Source: Spirochaetia bacterium (GTDB lineage Bacteria > Spirochaetota > Spirochaetia > SZUA-6 > Bin103). From it: a DNA stretch of 64,000 nt. Positions 48,905 through 59,035 of the stretch are shown in pieces. The position numbers were made by a program, and so were the translations under genes. The stretch covers positions 5,984,001 to 6,048,000 of the forward strand of contig CBDBDQ010000005.1 of the NCBI GenBank assembly GCA_965203905.1. Reading direction: 5' to 3'. The notes beneath the pieces are model-generated. The model was given only the letters and a program-made list of their open reading frames with translations. It was not told the DNA's origin and made no database searches. Position 1 is the first letter of the stretch. Each line of letters opens with the position of its first letter.

Positions 48905-49930
48905 ATGGCTGCGGTACGCACGCTCGGTTCTCAGGTCGAGGCGCCGGCCCCGGGAACGGCTCAGCCCGTGGACAAGGAGCCCGGCGTCCAGCCGCCCACG
49001 GCGGCGGACTTCCCCGGCTGCAAGCCGGTCCGCCTGCCGCGCGAGGAACTCGACGACTGCGAGGTCAGGCTGGAGTACTGGGACACCGTCTCCGAGACCG
49101 CCTGGATCTGCGATCCGGTCAGTTCGTACCATGAGGGCCCCACGCAGCGCTTGGGGAGGTTGGCCGAACGCATCGCCGCGGTGCGCGGTGGGCCCGTAGA
49201 GTGCTTCGGCAGCACCGATCTCACCGAACGCGACGCGCACGGTGAGCCGCGCCTCATCATGCAGGCGGACGAGATGGTGTACCTGCACCCGGCGCGCGCG
49301 CGGTTGCCGCGTCCGGTGCTGACGGTCGGCGAGCACGACTTCCCGGAGGTGGTGCTGGAAGTGGACCACAGCACCGACGCGCGCCGGCGCAAGCTGCCGC
49401 AGTACGAGGCGTGGGGGTTTCCGGAAGTGTGGATCGAGGTGCCCGATGCGGGTGCGCCGAGCCGGCCGCGCAGCCGGCGCTCGGGGCTGACCATCCACCT
49501 GCTGGAGGATGGAGCGTATCGGCAGGTGGGGCAGAGCCGGGCGTTTCCCGGCTGGACGGCGGCGGAGATCCACGCGGCGCTGAACGAGGACACGCTTTCG
49601 GTGCCGACCAGCGCGGTACTGGAGCGGGTGGGAGCGGCGCTCGGGGAGCGGGAGGGCACCGGCCCGGACGACGACCCCCTGCTGGGCGCGCAGCGCCGCC
49701 GCAGCCGCGCGGAAGGTCATGCCGAAGGCCATGCGGAAGGTCGCGCCGAAGGCCATGCGGATGAACGCGTCGAGTTTGCACGAGCGCTGTTGGCGGCGCG
49801 TGGCATCGTGGTCTCGCCCGGACTCCCCGGCGTGCCCGGCTTCGCCGAGTTGCCCCGCCCGTCCATCGTCGCGGCCGCCACCGCCTGCGTCAGCGAGGCC
49901 GACTTCCGGAAGCGTCTGCGCAGCCGGTAG
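48905..49930 (+). CDS. Uma2/DUF820-like PD-(D/E)XK endonuclease with AEGH repeats
   Basis: MQADE; PEVVLEVDHST; KLPQYEAWGFPEVW; SRAFPGW; AEGHAEGHAEGRAEGH; promoter TTGCAG-18-TACCGT. Confidence 0.8.
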   Translation: MAAVRTLGSQVEAPAPGTAQPVDKEPGVQPPTAADFPGCKPVRLPREELDDCEVRLEYWDTVSETAWICDPVSSYHEGPTQRLGRLAERIAAVRGGPVECFGSTDLTERDAHGEPRLIMQADEMVYLHPARARLPRPVLTVGEHDFPEVVLEVDHSTDARRRKLPQYEAWGFPEVWIEVPDAGAPSRPRSRRSGLTIHLLEDGAYRQVGQSRAFPGWTAAEIHAALNEDTLSVPTSAVLERVGAALGEREGTGPDDDPLLGAQRRRSRAEGHAEGHAEGRAEGHADERVEFARALLAARGIVVSPGLPGVPGFAELPRPSIVAAATACVSEADFRKRLRSR

Positions 49931-50038
49931 CCGGCCGGGAGCCGCCTGCCGCCCTACCCGCCGCGCGCATCATCGAGGCCAAGTTGAGGCCGAGCCCTCC
50001 TCTTGACACGCGTGCCGGCGTGTGGCACGAGAGGCGCA

Positions 50039-50956
50039 ATGCAGACATCCACCGGCACCACAACGGCAACCGGTAGCCTCGATGCGGCCAAGGCGCACCT
50101 GGACGAGCACGGCTACTGCGTGGTCGCGGGTGCGGTCAGTGCCGCTGGCGCGACGGCGCTCCGCGAGCGGCTCGTCGATCAGGCCGCGGCGGAAGCCCAG
50201 CTTGGCGAGACCCACGAGCTTCCAGACAAGAAGCAGCTCATCTACTTTCTCCTGAACAAGGGCCAGGGCTTCCGCGACCTGCTGTTCCATCCCACCATGC
50301 GTGCGCTGGTGGAGCACGTGGTCGGACCGCGCTACCTGCTGTCCTCCTACAACGGCCATCTCGCCCTCCCCGGCGGCACCACCAGGTTCCACACCGACCA
50401 GTGGTGGATGCCGCCCCCGACTACGCCTGCCAGAAAGACACTGCTGCGGCCGGGAGCGATCGCCCGCGACGCCCATCGCGGCCATTACCAGCTTGGCGAG
50501 GAAGGCATGAATCCGGTCGCCATCGCCCCGGCCTGCGTCTGCAACGTGATGTGGACCATCGACGATTTCACCGCCGAGAACGGTGCCACCATCGTGGTGC
50601 CGGGCAGCCACCTGTCCGGACGCGAACCGGACCAGAAGCTCGATGCGAACGCCGGCTGGATGCCTGCCGTCGCTCCGGCGGGAAGCTTCATCGTGCTCGA
50701 CGGACGCATATGGCACTCCACCGGCGAGAACCGCACCGACCGCCCGCGCATCGGCCTGACCACCAACTTTTGCGCCTGGCAGTTCCGCCAGCAGGAGAAT
50801 CTCGCAATGGGGGTTTCCGCCGAAGTCCTGGCCGCTGCCCCGCCCGAGCTGCTGGACCTTATCGGCTTCCGCCCCGACTTCGGCTACGGCGGCATCGAGG
50901 CCCGCGAACGCATCGCCCGCGGCCGGTACGCGCTGGGAGAGCTGAAGTCCAGGTAG
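50039..50956 (+). CDS. PhyH family dioxygenase
   Basis: FHTDQ; DDFTAENGATIVVPGSH; DGRIWHSTGEN; FRQQEN. Confidence 0.9.
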   Translation: MQTSTGTTTATGSLDAAKAHLDEHGYCVVAGAVSAAGATALRERLVDQAAAEAQLGETHELPDKKQLIYFLLNKGQGFRDLLFHPTMRALVEHVVGPRYLLSSYNGHLALPGGTTRFHTDQWWMPPPTTPARKTLLRPGAIARDAHRGHYQLGEEGMNPVAIAPACVCNVMWTIDDFTAENGATIVVPGSHLSGREPDQKLDANAGWMPAVAPAGSFIVLDGRIWHSTGENRTDRPRIGLTTNFCAWQFRQQENLAMGVSAEVLAAAPPELLDLIGFRPDFGYGGIEARERIARGRYALGELKSR

Positions 50957-51004
50957 CGATCGCGGCCCACCAAGCCGCGCCCGAAGGCGGCCGGCTACGA
51001 TGAC

Positions 51005-51046
51005 GTAACTACGATCCGTTGTAACTACGAACGGTTGCAACTACAA
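51005..51046. repeat. Three direct repeats G(T/C)AACTAC at 16-bp period
   Basis: Copies at 51005, 51021 and 51037. Confidence 0.6.
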
Positions 51047-51087
51047 GGCATTGTGGCATTGTGACTAACATTCCACCGGAGTAACGA

Positions 51088-51414
51088 TCGCAGTATGCTC
51101 GCACCGCTCGTGAATCGGACCGTGGAGAACTCCCGGCGGACCTCGTCGTCGGACGGTGGTGGTCCCAACGCGGTACCAGCGTAGAGGTCGACGCGCTCGG
51201 TCTGCGCGGCAGCCGTACGGCGCTCCTGGGCGAGGCCCGCTGGCAGCCGGCATCGCTCGGCAGGCGAGACCTGGAGACGCTGCGCCGGAAGGTACCGTTC
51301 GTCCCCAATCCGGTGGATGAACCGACGCTGGTGCTCTGGGGCCGCGGCGGAGTCGACCCGGAGGTCCGCAACGCCGGAGCCCTGGGCTTCAGCGTCGACG
51401 ACCTAGTGACCTGA
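51088..51414 (+). pseudogene. C-terminal DUF234-like nuclease-fold remnant of an AAA ATPase gene
   Basis: VVGRWWSQRGTSVEVDALG…LLGEARW…LRRKV; no start codon or ATPase domain. Confidence 0.65.
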
Positions 51415-51441
51415 GCCGCCGCGGCGCGGGGCGATCCCGAG

Positions 51442-51496
51442 TGTTTCACTAATATGCTTGTTTTCCATGAAGCGAAACATTATGTTTGGTGAAACA
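51442..51496. promoter_or_regulatory. Inverted-repeat operator upstream of the AbiEi-like gene
   Basis: TGTTTCAC(taatat)…(atgtttg)GTGAAACA, plus an internal GCGAAACA. Confidence 0.55.
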
Positions 51497-51518
51497 AGAT
51501 TCAATCAAGGGGAGATCC

Positions 51519-52598
51519 ATGGCTCTAAGGGACAAACAGCCACCGACAGGGACTCGAGTGGCGCATCACGTTGAACGCGCTCTGGCAGAACGGATACCGT
51601 CTGGCTGGGCACTTCATACGCGAACGGAAGTGCCTGCCGGTCGTTACCACGTGGATCTGCTCGCCGAGATCGCGTCACCCGCAGGCGCGACCGCAGTCCT
51701 TGCCGTCGAGATCAAACGCACTCTGGAGCCACGAGGCGTCCTCCAGGCGGTTGAACAGATCTCCAAGATCACCGCCGGTGCGTTGCCTCAGGCGGTGCCT
51801 GTAGTGGCGTCGTCCTACCTCTCCCCGCGCGCCCGTGCCCTCCTTAGCGACTGCGGTGTCAGCTACATCGACACCACGGGCAATGTTCGTATCGAAGTCT
51901 CTACGCCGGGACTGTTCATTTCTGCCGCGGGAGTCGATCGTGATCCCTGGCCAAGGGATCATAAGCTCCAGTCTCTGCGAGGCCGGGGTGCAGCACGTGC
52001 CGTGAGGGCCGTCATCGACACATACCCCCCGTACGGTGTCCGCGAGCTGGCCCAGTCGACCCACGTGTCGGCTCCAACCTTGTCGCGCGTGTTGGACTTA
52101 CTTGAACGGGAAGCCATCGTGACCCGTATACGTGGAGCCGTGTCGGCCGTCGATTGGCAGGGTGCGATTCGGCGGTGGACTGAGGATTACGACCAAACGG
52201 AATCGAACACGTCCACACTGGCTCTCGAGCCTAGGGGGCTCCAGGCTCTGCAGAAAAAACTCCGCGCGACGAAGCTCGCGTACGTCGCCACGGGGGCGTT
52301 CGCCGCCCAGCGATTCGATCCCATCGCACCCGCACGACTCGCGGCCATCTACGTCTCTGACGCAATCGAGTTTATCGATCATATGGATCTCCGCGAGACC
52401 GAAGCCGGGGCAAACGTGCTAATTCTAGAGCCTCTCGATCCCGTCGTCTTCGATCGGGTGATCCATCGCGACGGCCTTCGTTGCGTCGCTCCCAGCCATC
52501 TTGCCGCAGACCTTCTGACTGGGCCAGGTCGGGAACCGTCGCAGGGTGAGGAAGTACTGAACTGGATGGAGAAGAACGAGCATGTCTGGCGATCCTGA
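51519..52598 (+). CDS. Type IV TA AbiEi-like antitoxin/regulator (nuclease-like N-terminus, HTH, AbiEi_2-like C-terminus)
   Basis: VLAVEIKR; GVSYIDTTGN; GVRELAQSTHVSAPTLSRVLDLL; AADLLTGPGREP. Confidence 0.7.
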   Translation: MALRDKQPPTGTRVAHHVERALAERIPSGWALHTRTEVPAGRYHVDLLAEIASPAGATAVLAVEIKRTLEPRGVLQAVEQISKITAGALPQAVPVVASSYLSPRARALLSDCGVSYIDTTGNVRIEVSTPGLFISAAGVDRDPWPRDHKLQSLRGRGAARAVRAVIDTYPPYGVRELAQSTHVSAPTLSRVLDLLEREAIVTRIRGAVSAVDWQGAIRRWTEDYDQTESNTSTLALEPRGLQALQKKLRATKLAYVATGAFAAQRFDPIAPARLAAIYVSDAIEFIDHMDLRETEAGANVLILEPLDPVVFDRVIHRDGLRCVAPSHLAADLLTGPGREPSQGEEVLNWMEKNEHVWRS

Positions 52599-53429
52599 TC
52601 TGTACGTACGCGCCCGCACCGCGCTACTCGATGCCGCCGAGGCGCTGGCCGAACAGCTCGACGCCGTCGTGCTCGTCGGCGCTCAGGCCGTCTATTTGCA
52701 CACTGGCGATGCGGATTTCGCGACCGCCCCGTACACGACCGACGCTGACTTCTGCATAGCGCCAGCACATCTGAACAACACGCCGCTCCTGAACGAATTG
52801 CTATCGGCGCGCGGGTTCTCGCCCGGAGAGCATCCCGGTGCCTGGCTCAGCCCGGACCGGATTTCCGTCGACCTCATGGTCCCCGAAGCGCTCGCCGGAG
52901 CCGGTTCCGGAGGAGCCGCCTCGGGCCTCATGGCAACAGAGTCGCAAGGCGAACCAAGGGCCTCGAGGGAGCGCTCGTGGATCGCAAGCCCACGAAAACT
53001 ACTTCACTCACGCCAGGCGTCGAGCGATCAGTGACGATGCTCGTCGCTGGCGCGGCGGCCCTGCTCGTGTCCAAAGTCCACAAAGTCGATGAACGCACCA
53101 GTGCCGGTGCCCGAATCAGCGACAAGGACGCACTCGATATCATGCGTCTCCTCCAGGCCACTGACACAGTGGCCCTCGCGCAGGACTTAGTATCACTTAC
53201 GGCCCATGAGGATTGCGCCGAGGTTGCGGCCGAGGCCGTGTCCCAGCTCACGCCGTTGTTCGGTAGCCCAGTTGCGCCGGGCATAGAAATGGCGGTCCGT
53301 GCGGCTGGCCCCACCGTCGAACCGGACGAGGTTCGCGCTTCTTTCGCTGCACTCATTTCAGATCTCGTTGCCGAAGCCGATAGCCTGCGTGGCGACCGCC
53401 ACCAAGGAAGAACCAGGAATGCTCAATAG
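52582..53429 (+). pseudogene. AbiEii-like nucleotidyltransferase with a 1-nt deletion near 52918
   Basis: VLVGAQAVYLH; TTDAD; restoring one base gives GARLGPHGNRVARRTKGLEGALVD; LLVSKVHK…DKDALD. Confidence 0.75.
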
Positions 53430-56394
53430 AGGATCTCAATGGAACCGATGGGACCCACATGTCCACACCCCTGGCACGTTACTTAACGACCAGTTCCGTG
53501 GCTCCGACCGCTGGATAAAATATTTCGACAACCTTGAAGGAAAAACCCCACCGATTCGTGCAGTTGGGATCACCGACTACTACTTGACCGAGAATTATGA
53601 GAGAGTCCTTGAATTCGAAGCGGCAGGACGCCTTCCTGGTGTCCAGCTCATCTTCCCCAACGTTGAGATGCGTCTCGATGCTGCGGCAAAGTCCGGATTC
53701 ATCAACATTCATCTCCTAGTCAGTCCCGAAGATCCAAACCATGTACAAGAACTCGTGCGAATTCTTTCACGGCTGACGTTTTCTGCATATGACGATCGCT
53801 TCATGTGTACACGGGACGAACTGATACGACTCGGGCGACGTGTGGAGCCAAGAATTGGAGATGAACACGCAGCACTTCGCGACGGTGTCACTCAATTCAA
53901 GGTGAACTTTGCACAGTTACGGGAAGTGATGCGTGAAAGTGATTGGGCGAAGCAGAACATCCTTGTAGCGGTTGCTGGAGGAGGTGGAGACGGAACGTCA
54001 GGGATGCGGGCTGGAGCGGATGCGACGCTACGGAAAGAAATTGAGAAGTTCTCCCACGTTATTCTCAGCGGTAACCCAGCGCAACGTGAGTTCTGGCTCG
54101 GCCATGGTAGCGCGTCCGAGGCGGAACTTCGAACGAACTACGGTGGACTGAAGCCGTGCCTTCACGGATCTGATGCTCACTCGATGTCTGACGTGGAAGA
54201 ACCAACAGAAGACCGCTTCTCTTGGATAAAAGGCGAGATCGACTTTGACTCTCTGCGGCAAGCCTGTATATATCCAGGCGGCCGCGTATATGTGGGCTCC
54301 AAACCACCCGTAACAACGATTCCGTCTCAGGTTATTTCCTCATTGGAAGTAGACGGTGCTGATTGGATTGGCACCAGCAAGATTCCTCTCAACCCGGGCC
54401 TTGTCGCCATCATCGGTGCGCGGGGTTCTGGTAAAACTGCACTTGCCGAGATGATCGCAACAGGCTGTGACGGCGTCCCTGAAGCCGTCTGGGCCACCGA
54501 GTCTACCCACAACTCCTCGTTCCTGACGCGTGCACGTAGCTATCTCGGTGGAGCAAAGGTTCGCCTAGTCTAGGGAGGTGGTGATGAGGTTACCCGACAC
54601 CTGGATGGCGCTGATTCTGACGGACCCACCTCATTCGCACGCGTTCGCTATCTGTCTCAGCAATTCGTGGAAGAACTGTGTTCCGCTCGCGGACCGACGG
54701 ATGGTCTCATCACAGAGATCGAGCGAGTAGTATTCGAAGCTCATCCCCATGAGGCACGAGACGGTGCATTAGACTTCGATGAGTTACGGGAACGACGCAC
54801 TCAGCGCTTTCGCCAAGGCCGCGCAAGGGAGGCTGAGGCGATTCTCCAGGTTTCTCGGCGTATTAGCGAGGAGTTTGAGAAAGAACGTCTCGTTGAACCA
54901 CTGGGGCGTCAAGTAGAGCAGAAAAAGAGGCAGATCGAAGGCTATAGGGCCGACCTCCGAAAGCTTGCCATTAAGGGCTCCGATAGTGTACTCAAACGCT
55001 ACCAACAGATACAGACGGCCGCCAACGCCGTACGTAAGAAGATCGACGGTTTCAAGGGACAGCGCCGCGCTTTCGAGGGCTTGCGAGACGAGGTAGTCAG
55101 TATGCGCGCCACCATTGCTCCGGAAATGCTTCGACAATCTCAGGCGCGCCATCAGGGCAGCGGGATGACGGATAAACATTGGGCCGAATTCCTGCTCGAT
55201 TACACGGGCCCGGTTGATACGAGCATTGTCAGTTACATCAATTGGGTAGACACGAAAATTGCGGAGCTGGAAGGTAGTCCCCCGCAGAGAGAACCGCAGG
55301 AATCACGCTATATACGAGACGACGAAGATCTTGATGACGTGAAGCTCGCTACCCTAAATGCCGAAATCGAACGGCTAGAGCGCCGATTGAATGCGGACAA
55401 GCTCGTTCGCGACAAGTACTTGGCGCTATCGCGGCGAATTGGTCGGGAGGAGAGCACGCTTCAGACGCTTCAAGTCCGACTAGAAGACGCAAGAGGTGCA
55501 GTCCAACGTCGACGTCAGTTGCAGAATGAGCGCGACGACGCCTATGAACGCGTGTTTGATGCGATTGTTTCGGAGCAGGAGGCACTCGAAGAACTCTATG
55601 CGCCACTTCAAGGACGTCTTGAGGCTGCTGGTGGGACGCTCAGGAAACTTCGGTTCTCGATCTCTCGGGTGGCAGACGCCACAAATTGGGCAGACTACGC
55701 TGAAGAGAATCTACTTGATCGTCGGTTGGAGGGTCCCTTTAGGGGTCGCGGTGCACTTGTGGAACGCGCGGAGCGAGAGTTGATGCCATGCTGGGAGAGT
55801 GGGAACGCCGCTTCAGTCAGGAAGGCAATGGGAGAGTTCATTTCGGCATATCAAGGCGATTTTCTCGTCCATGCTCCCGTACCTCGCGAGCAGCGTGAAG
55901 CCTTTCGAACATGGCTCGGGCGCTTCGCGGAGTGGATCTTCAATACAGATCATATAAGCGTGAGATACGGTATCACGTACGACGGTGTTGATATCGAGAA
56001 ACTTTCGCCAGGGACCCGTGGCATAGTTCTTCTGCTGTTGTACCTCGCTCTTGACGACGACGACGACCGCCCACTAATTATCGATCAGCCGGAGGAGAAT
56101 CTGGACCCACAGTCGGTATTCGCCGAACTTGTCCCAACCTTTATGGATGCGAAGGCGCGTCGGCAAGTCGTGATGGTGACGCACAATGCGAATCTCGTTA
56201 TCAATACGGATGCAGACCAGATCATCATTGCTGACGCGAATCCACGGCCAAACGGCGGGCTCCCTGTACTCACGTATCAGGCGGGTGGCCTAGACAACGC
56301 GGGGATTCGAAAGGTGGTCTGTGAGATTCTTGAGGGTGGGGAACTTGCGTTCCAAGAACGTACGCGGCGATTGCGGGTACGGTTAGAGCGCTAA
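53419..56394 (+). pseudogene. TrlF-like PHP-domain plus SMC-type ABC ATPase with one in-frame TAG (54571-54573)
   Basis: WDPHVHTP, ITDYY, HGSDAH (PHP); GARGSGKT; YLSQQF; LSPGTRG; IIDQPEENLD; VTHNANLV; frame unchanged across the stop. Confidence 0.85.
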
Positions 56395-56919
56395 GCTAGT
56401 GCTAATAGTAGTGCTGTCCTGATACCAATGAGCGACCCTGGAATCTACTTTCGATGCGGTTACCCGTCGCCCCGCTTCGGTAGACACGACTGTTGGCACG
56501 AGTTGAGCATGCGCTGTGGCATTCTTCCCGAGATGTCTTGCGGGGTGTCAGACGGCAGAATTGATGTCGAATGAGCCCATTGCAAAACGCTGACACGTCG
56601 ATATGGGACGGGACGGAGATAGGCATGTTATTCGATAGGAGACGCGTCACGTAACGCAGCCTATCGGGGCGCAGTGATACTGCTTCAGTCCCGCAGCGTA
56701 CGGGACGACGTTGTTGAGATCGGCGATGGACAGTTTCAGTGTAGGAATCGACGATGTCGTTCTGCGACATACCGTGAACACGGGCCGCGAGTGTGCTCAA
56801 CACTGAGCCGCGCGCCCTCCAGGATTATGGCCTTCCGCCAAGAGTCTCTGGAGTCGCAACAAGACGGCGCACTGCCCCACTCCTCCAGAGAGGTTGCTAC
56901 GGCTCGGCGCCCGTGACCT

Positions 56920-58029
56920 TCAGTCCTGGGCGTTCCAGAAGGCGGTGATGAGGCGGTTGACGTCGGAGGCGCGTTCCATCTGCACCATGTGACCGGTGTT
57001 GTCGAAGATGTGCACCCGGTCCTGGTTCGGCAGCTCGCGGGCGTATCCGGCCGGGATGATGCGGTCGTCGGCGCCCCATATCACCAGGGTGGGAACCTCG
57101 GCGATGGTGCGACGCGCGTCGTCGGTCTGCGCGGAAGTATCGGTGAGCTGGTACGCCAGCGCCTCCAGGCACTCCTGGACACCGTCGAGCCGCTTGTACT
57201 TGAGAAGGTCCGCGACCAGTTGGCGGGTGACCAGAGCAGGGTCGGCGAAGAGCTGCCGCAGCAACGGTCTGAGCTCACGCCGGTTGCGGCTGCGGGCGAA
57301 GCCCTCCAGGTAGTCGGCATTGATCTCCGGGCCCAGGCCGGCACTCGCGAGCAGGGTCAGCGAGCGGACCAGTTGCGGGCTGGATTGCGCGAGGTGCAGG
57401 GCGATCGCCCCTCCCATCGAGTGGCCCACCCAGTCCGCCTCGGCCACGCCCAGCTCCTCCATCACGTTCTCCAGGACATGCACCATGCAGAGCAAGCTGC
57501 CGTTGGCAACTTTCTTGGTGGACAGCCCATGCCCCGGCAGGTCGAGCGCGATGACCGTGCGGTCGGCGATCAGCGCCGGCTGATTGAACAGCCAGTTGTT
57601 GAGATCACCGCCGAAGCCGTGCAGCAGGACCGCGGTTTTGTCGGCTGATCCCTGCCGCAGGTAGTTGATCGACAGCTCGCCGACCTGGACCGTCTCGGTC
57701 TCGTCAGCGCCCTCTTCGGCGCTCACTTCCGCGGGAACGAAGTTTTCCTGGAACTGCACAACGAAGGCGTCTATCTCCGTGTCCGACACCTCGGCGTCGC
57801 CGAGCACGCCCAGCAGCGCGCCTACCGGCAGGGTGTCGCCGGTCACGGCCACGGCGCGGCGCAGGGTGCCGGCAGCGGCAACCTCGACGGCACCGGCGAT
57901 CTTTTCCGTTTCGACCAGCACCACCTCGGTGCCGGACTCTACCGCTGCGCCCTCCGCCACCATCCAGTCACCCACCACTCCCTCGGTCATGCTCAGCCCC
58001 CACTTGGGCATGGTGATCGCCTTAATCAT
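56920..58029 (-). CDS. acoC: Acetoin dehydrogenase E2-like subunit (lipoyl domain plus alpha/beta hydrolase)
   Basis: MPKWGLSMTEG; VETEKIA; LHGFGGDLNNWLFN; GHSMGG. Confidence 0.88.
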   Translation of the reverse strand: MIKAITMPKWGLSMTEGVVGDWMVAEGAAVESGTEVVLVETEKIAGAVEVAAAGTLRRAVAVTGDTLPVGALLGVLGDAEVSDTEIDAFVVQFQENFVPAEVSAEEGADETETVQVGELSINYLRQGSADKTAVLLHGFGGDLNNWLFNQPALIADRTVIALDLPGHGLSTKKVANGSLLCMVHVLENVMEELGVAEADWVGHSMGGAIALHLAQSSPQLVRSLTLLASAGLGPEINADYLEGFARSRNRRELRPLLRQLFADPALVTRQLVADLLKYKRLDGVQECLEALAYQLTDTSAQTDDARRTIAEVPTLVIWGADDRIIPAGYARELPNQDRVHIFDNTGHMVQMERASDVNRLITAFWNAQD

Positions 58030-59026
58030 CGACGGTCTCGCGCACGCAGGCGGCGATCTTCTCGGCCGAGGGGATGAAGTGCTTCTCCAGTTCCGGCGCG
58101 AACGGCACCGGGGTGTGCGGCGCCGTCACCATGCCGACCGGAGCCTTCAGGTCCCCGAATCCCTCGCGGGCCACGGATGCCGCTACGTCGGCGGCGATGC
58201 CGCAGCGTGGACTGGCCTCGTCCACCACTACCAGGTGGCCGCTGTTCTCCACGCTCTCGAGCACGGTGTCGGTGTCGATGGGAGACAGCGTGCGCAGGTC
58301 GATCACCTCGCATTCGAGCCCGGCCCCGGCCAGTTGCTCCGCCGCCTCGAGCGCCCGGTGCACCATCATCCCGTACCCGACGATCGTGCAGTCGTCCCCC
58401 TCGCGGACGATGTTCGCCTCGCCGAACGGGATCGCGTACAGCTCGTCGGGGACGTCGCCGGTGACGTCGTAGATCTTCTTGTGCTCGCAGAAGATCACCG
58501 GGTCGTTGTCGCGAATCGACTCGATCATCAGCCCCTTGGCGTCATATGGCGAAGAGGGGCACACCACCTTGATGCCGGGAACGTGGGTGAAGATGGAAGT
58601 CAGAGTCTGCGAATGCTGGGCGGCGGCGGAGAGTCCCGCGCCGTACATGGTGCGGATGACCACCGGTGTTTCCGCCTTGCCGCCGAACATGTAGCGGAAC
58701 TTGGCCGCCTGGTTGAAGATCTGATCGAAGCACACGCCCAGGAAATCGATGAACATCAACTCGGCGACCGGGCGCATGCCGCAGGTCGCCGCGCCGATGG
58801 CGGCGCCGACGAACGCGGCCTCGGACAGCGGCGTATCGAGTACCCGGTCGCCGTACTTCTTGTAGAGGCCCTTGTAGAGCCCCATGGCGCCGCCCCAGGC
58901 TTCGTCTTCACCCGGGCTGCCGGTGCCACCGGCAATATCCTCGCCCATCAGGATCACGCGGGAGTCCCGCTCCATCTCCTGGTCGAAGGCCTGGTTGATC
59001 GCCTCGCGAATCGATAGCTGTGCCAT
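58022..59026 (-). CDS. acoB: Acetoin dehydrogenase E1 beta subunit
   Basis: GEDIAGG; LDTPLSE; NQAAKFRYMFGGKA; AAQHSQ. Confidence 0.9.
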   Translation of the reverse strand: MAQLSIREAINQAFDQEMERDSRVILMGEDIAGGTGSPGEDEAWGGAMGLYKGLYKKYGDRVLDTPLSEAAFVGAAIGAATCGMRPVAELMFIDFLGVCFDQIFNQAAKFRYMFGGKAETPVVIRTMYGAGLSAAAQHSQTLTSIFTHVPGIKVVCPSSPYDAKGLMIESIRDNDPVIFCEHKKIYDVTGDVPDELYAIPFGEANIVREGDDCTIVGYGMMVHRALEAAEQLAGAGLECEVIDLRTLSPIDTDTVLESVENSGHLVVVDEASPRCGIAADVAASVAREGFGDLKAPVGMVTAPHTPVPFAPELEKHFIPSAEKIAACVRETVDD

Positions 59027-59035
59027 GGTATCCCC

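Noticed and set aside
10813-54573. Amber recoding or pyrrolysine suggested by two in-frame TAG codons (10813, 54571)
   Set aside because: TAG is the normal stop of many intact genes here (1097, 8139, 16238, 21513, 43421) and no pyl genes are in the window; nonsense mutation or sequencing error is simpler
56402-56916. ORFs downstream of the TrlF-like gene
   Set aside because: No recognisable motifs or RBS; probably island debris
56920-58029. Lipoyl domain fused to an alpha/beta hydrolase as a novel fusion
   Set aside because: This is the known AcoC architecture of acetoin dehydrogenase operons
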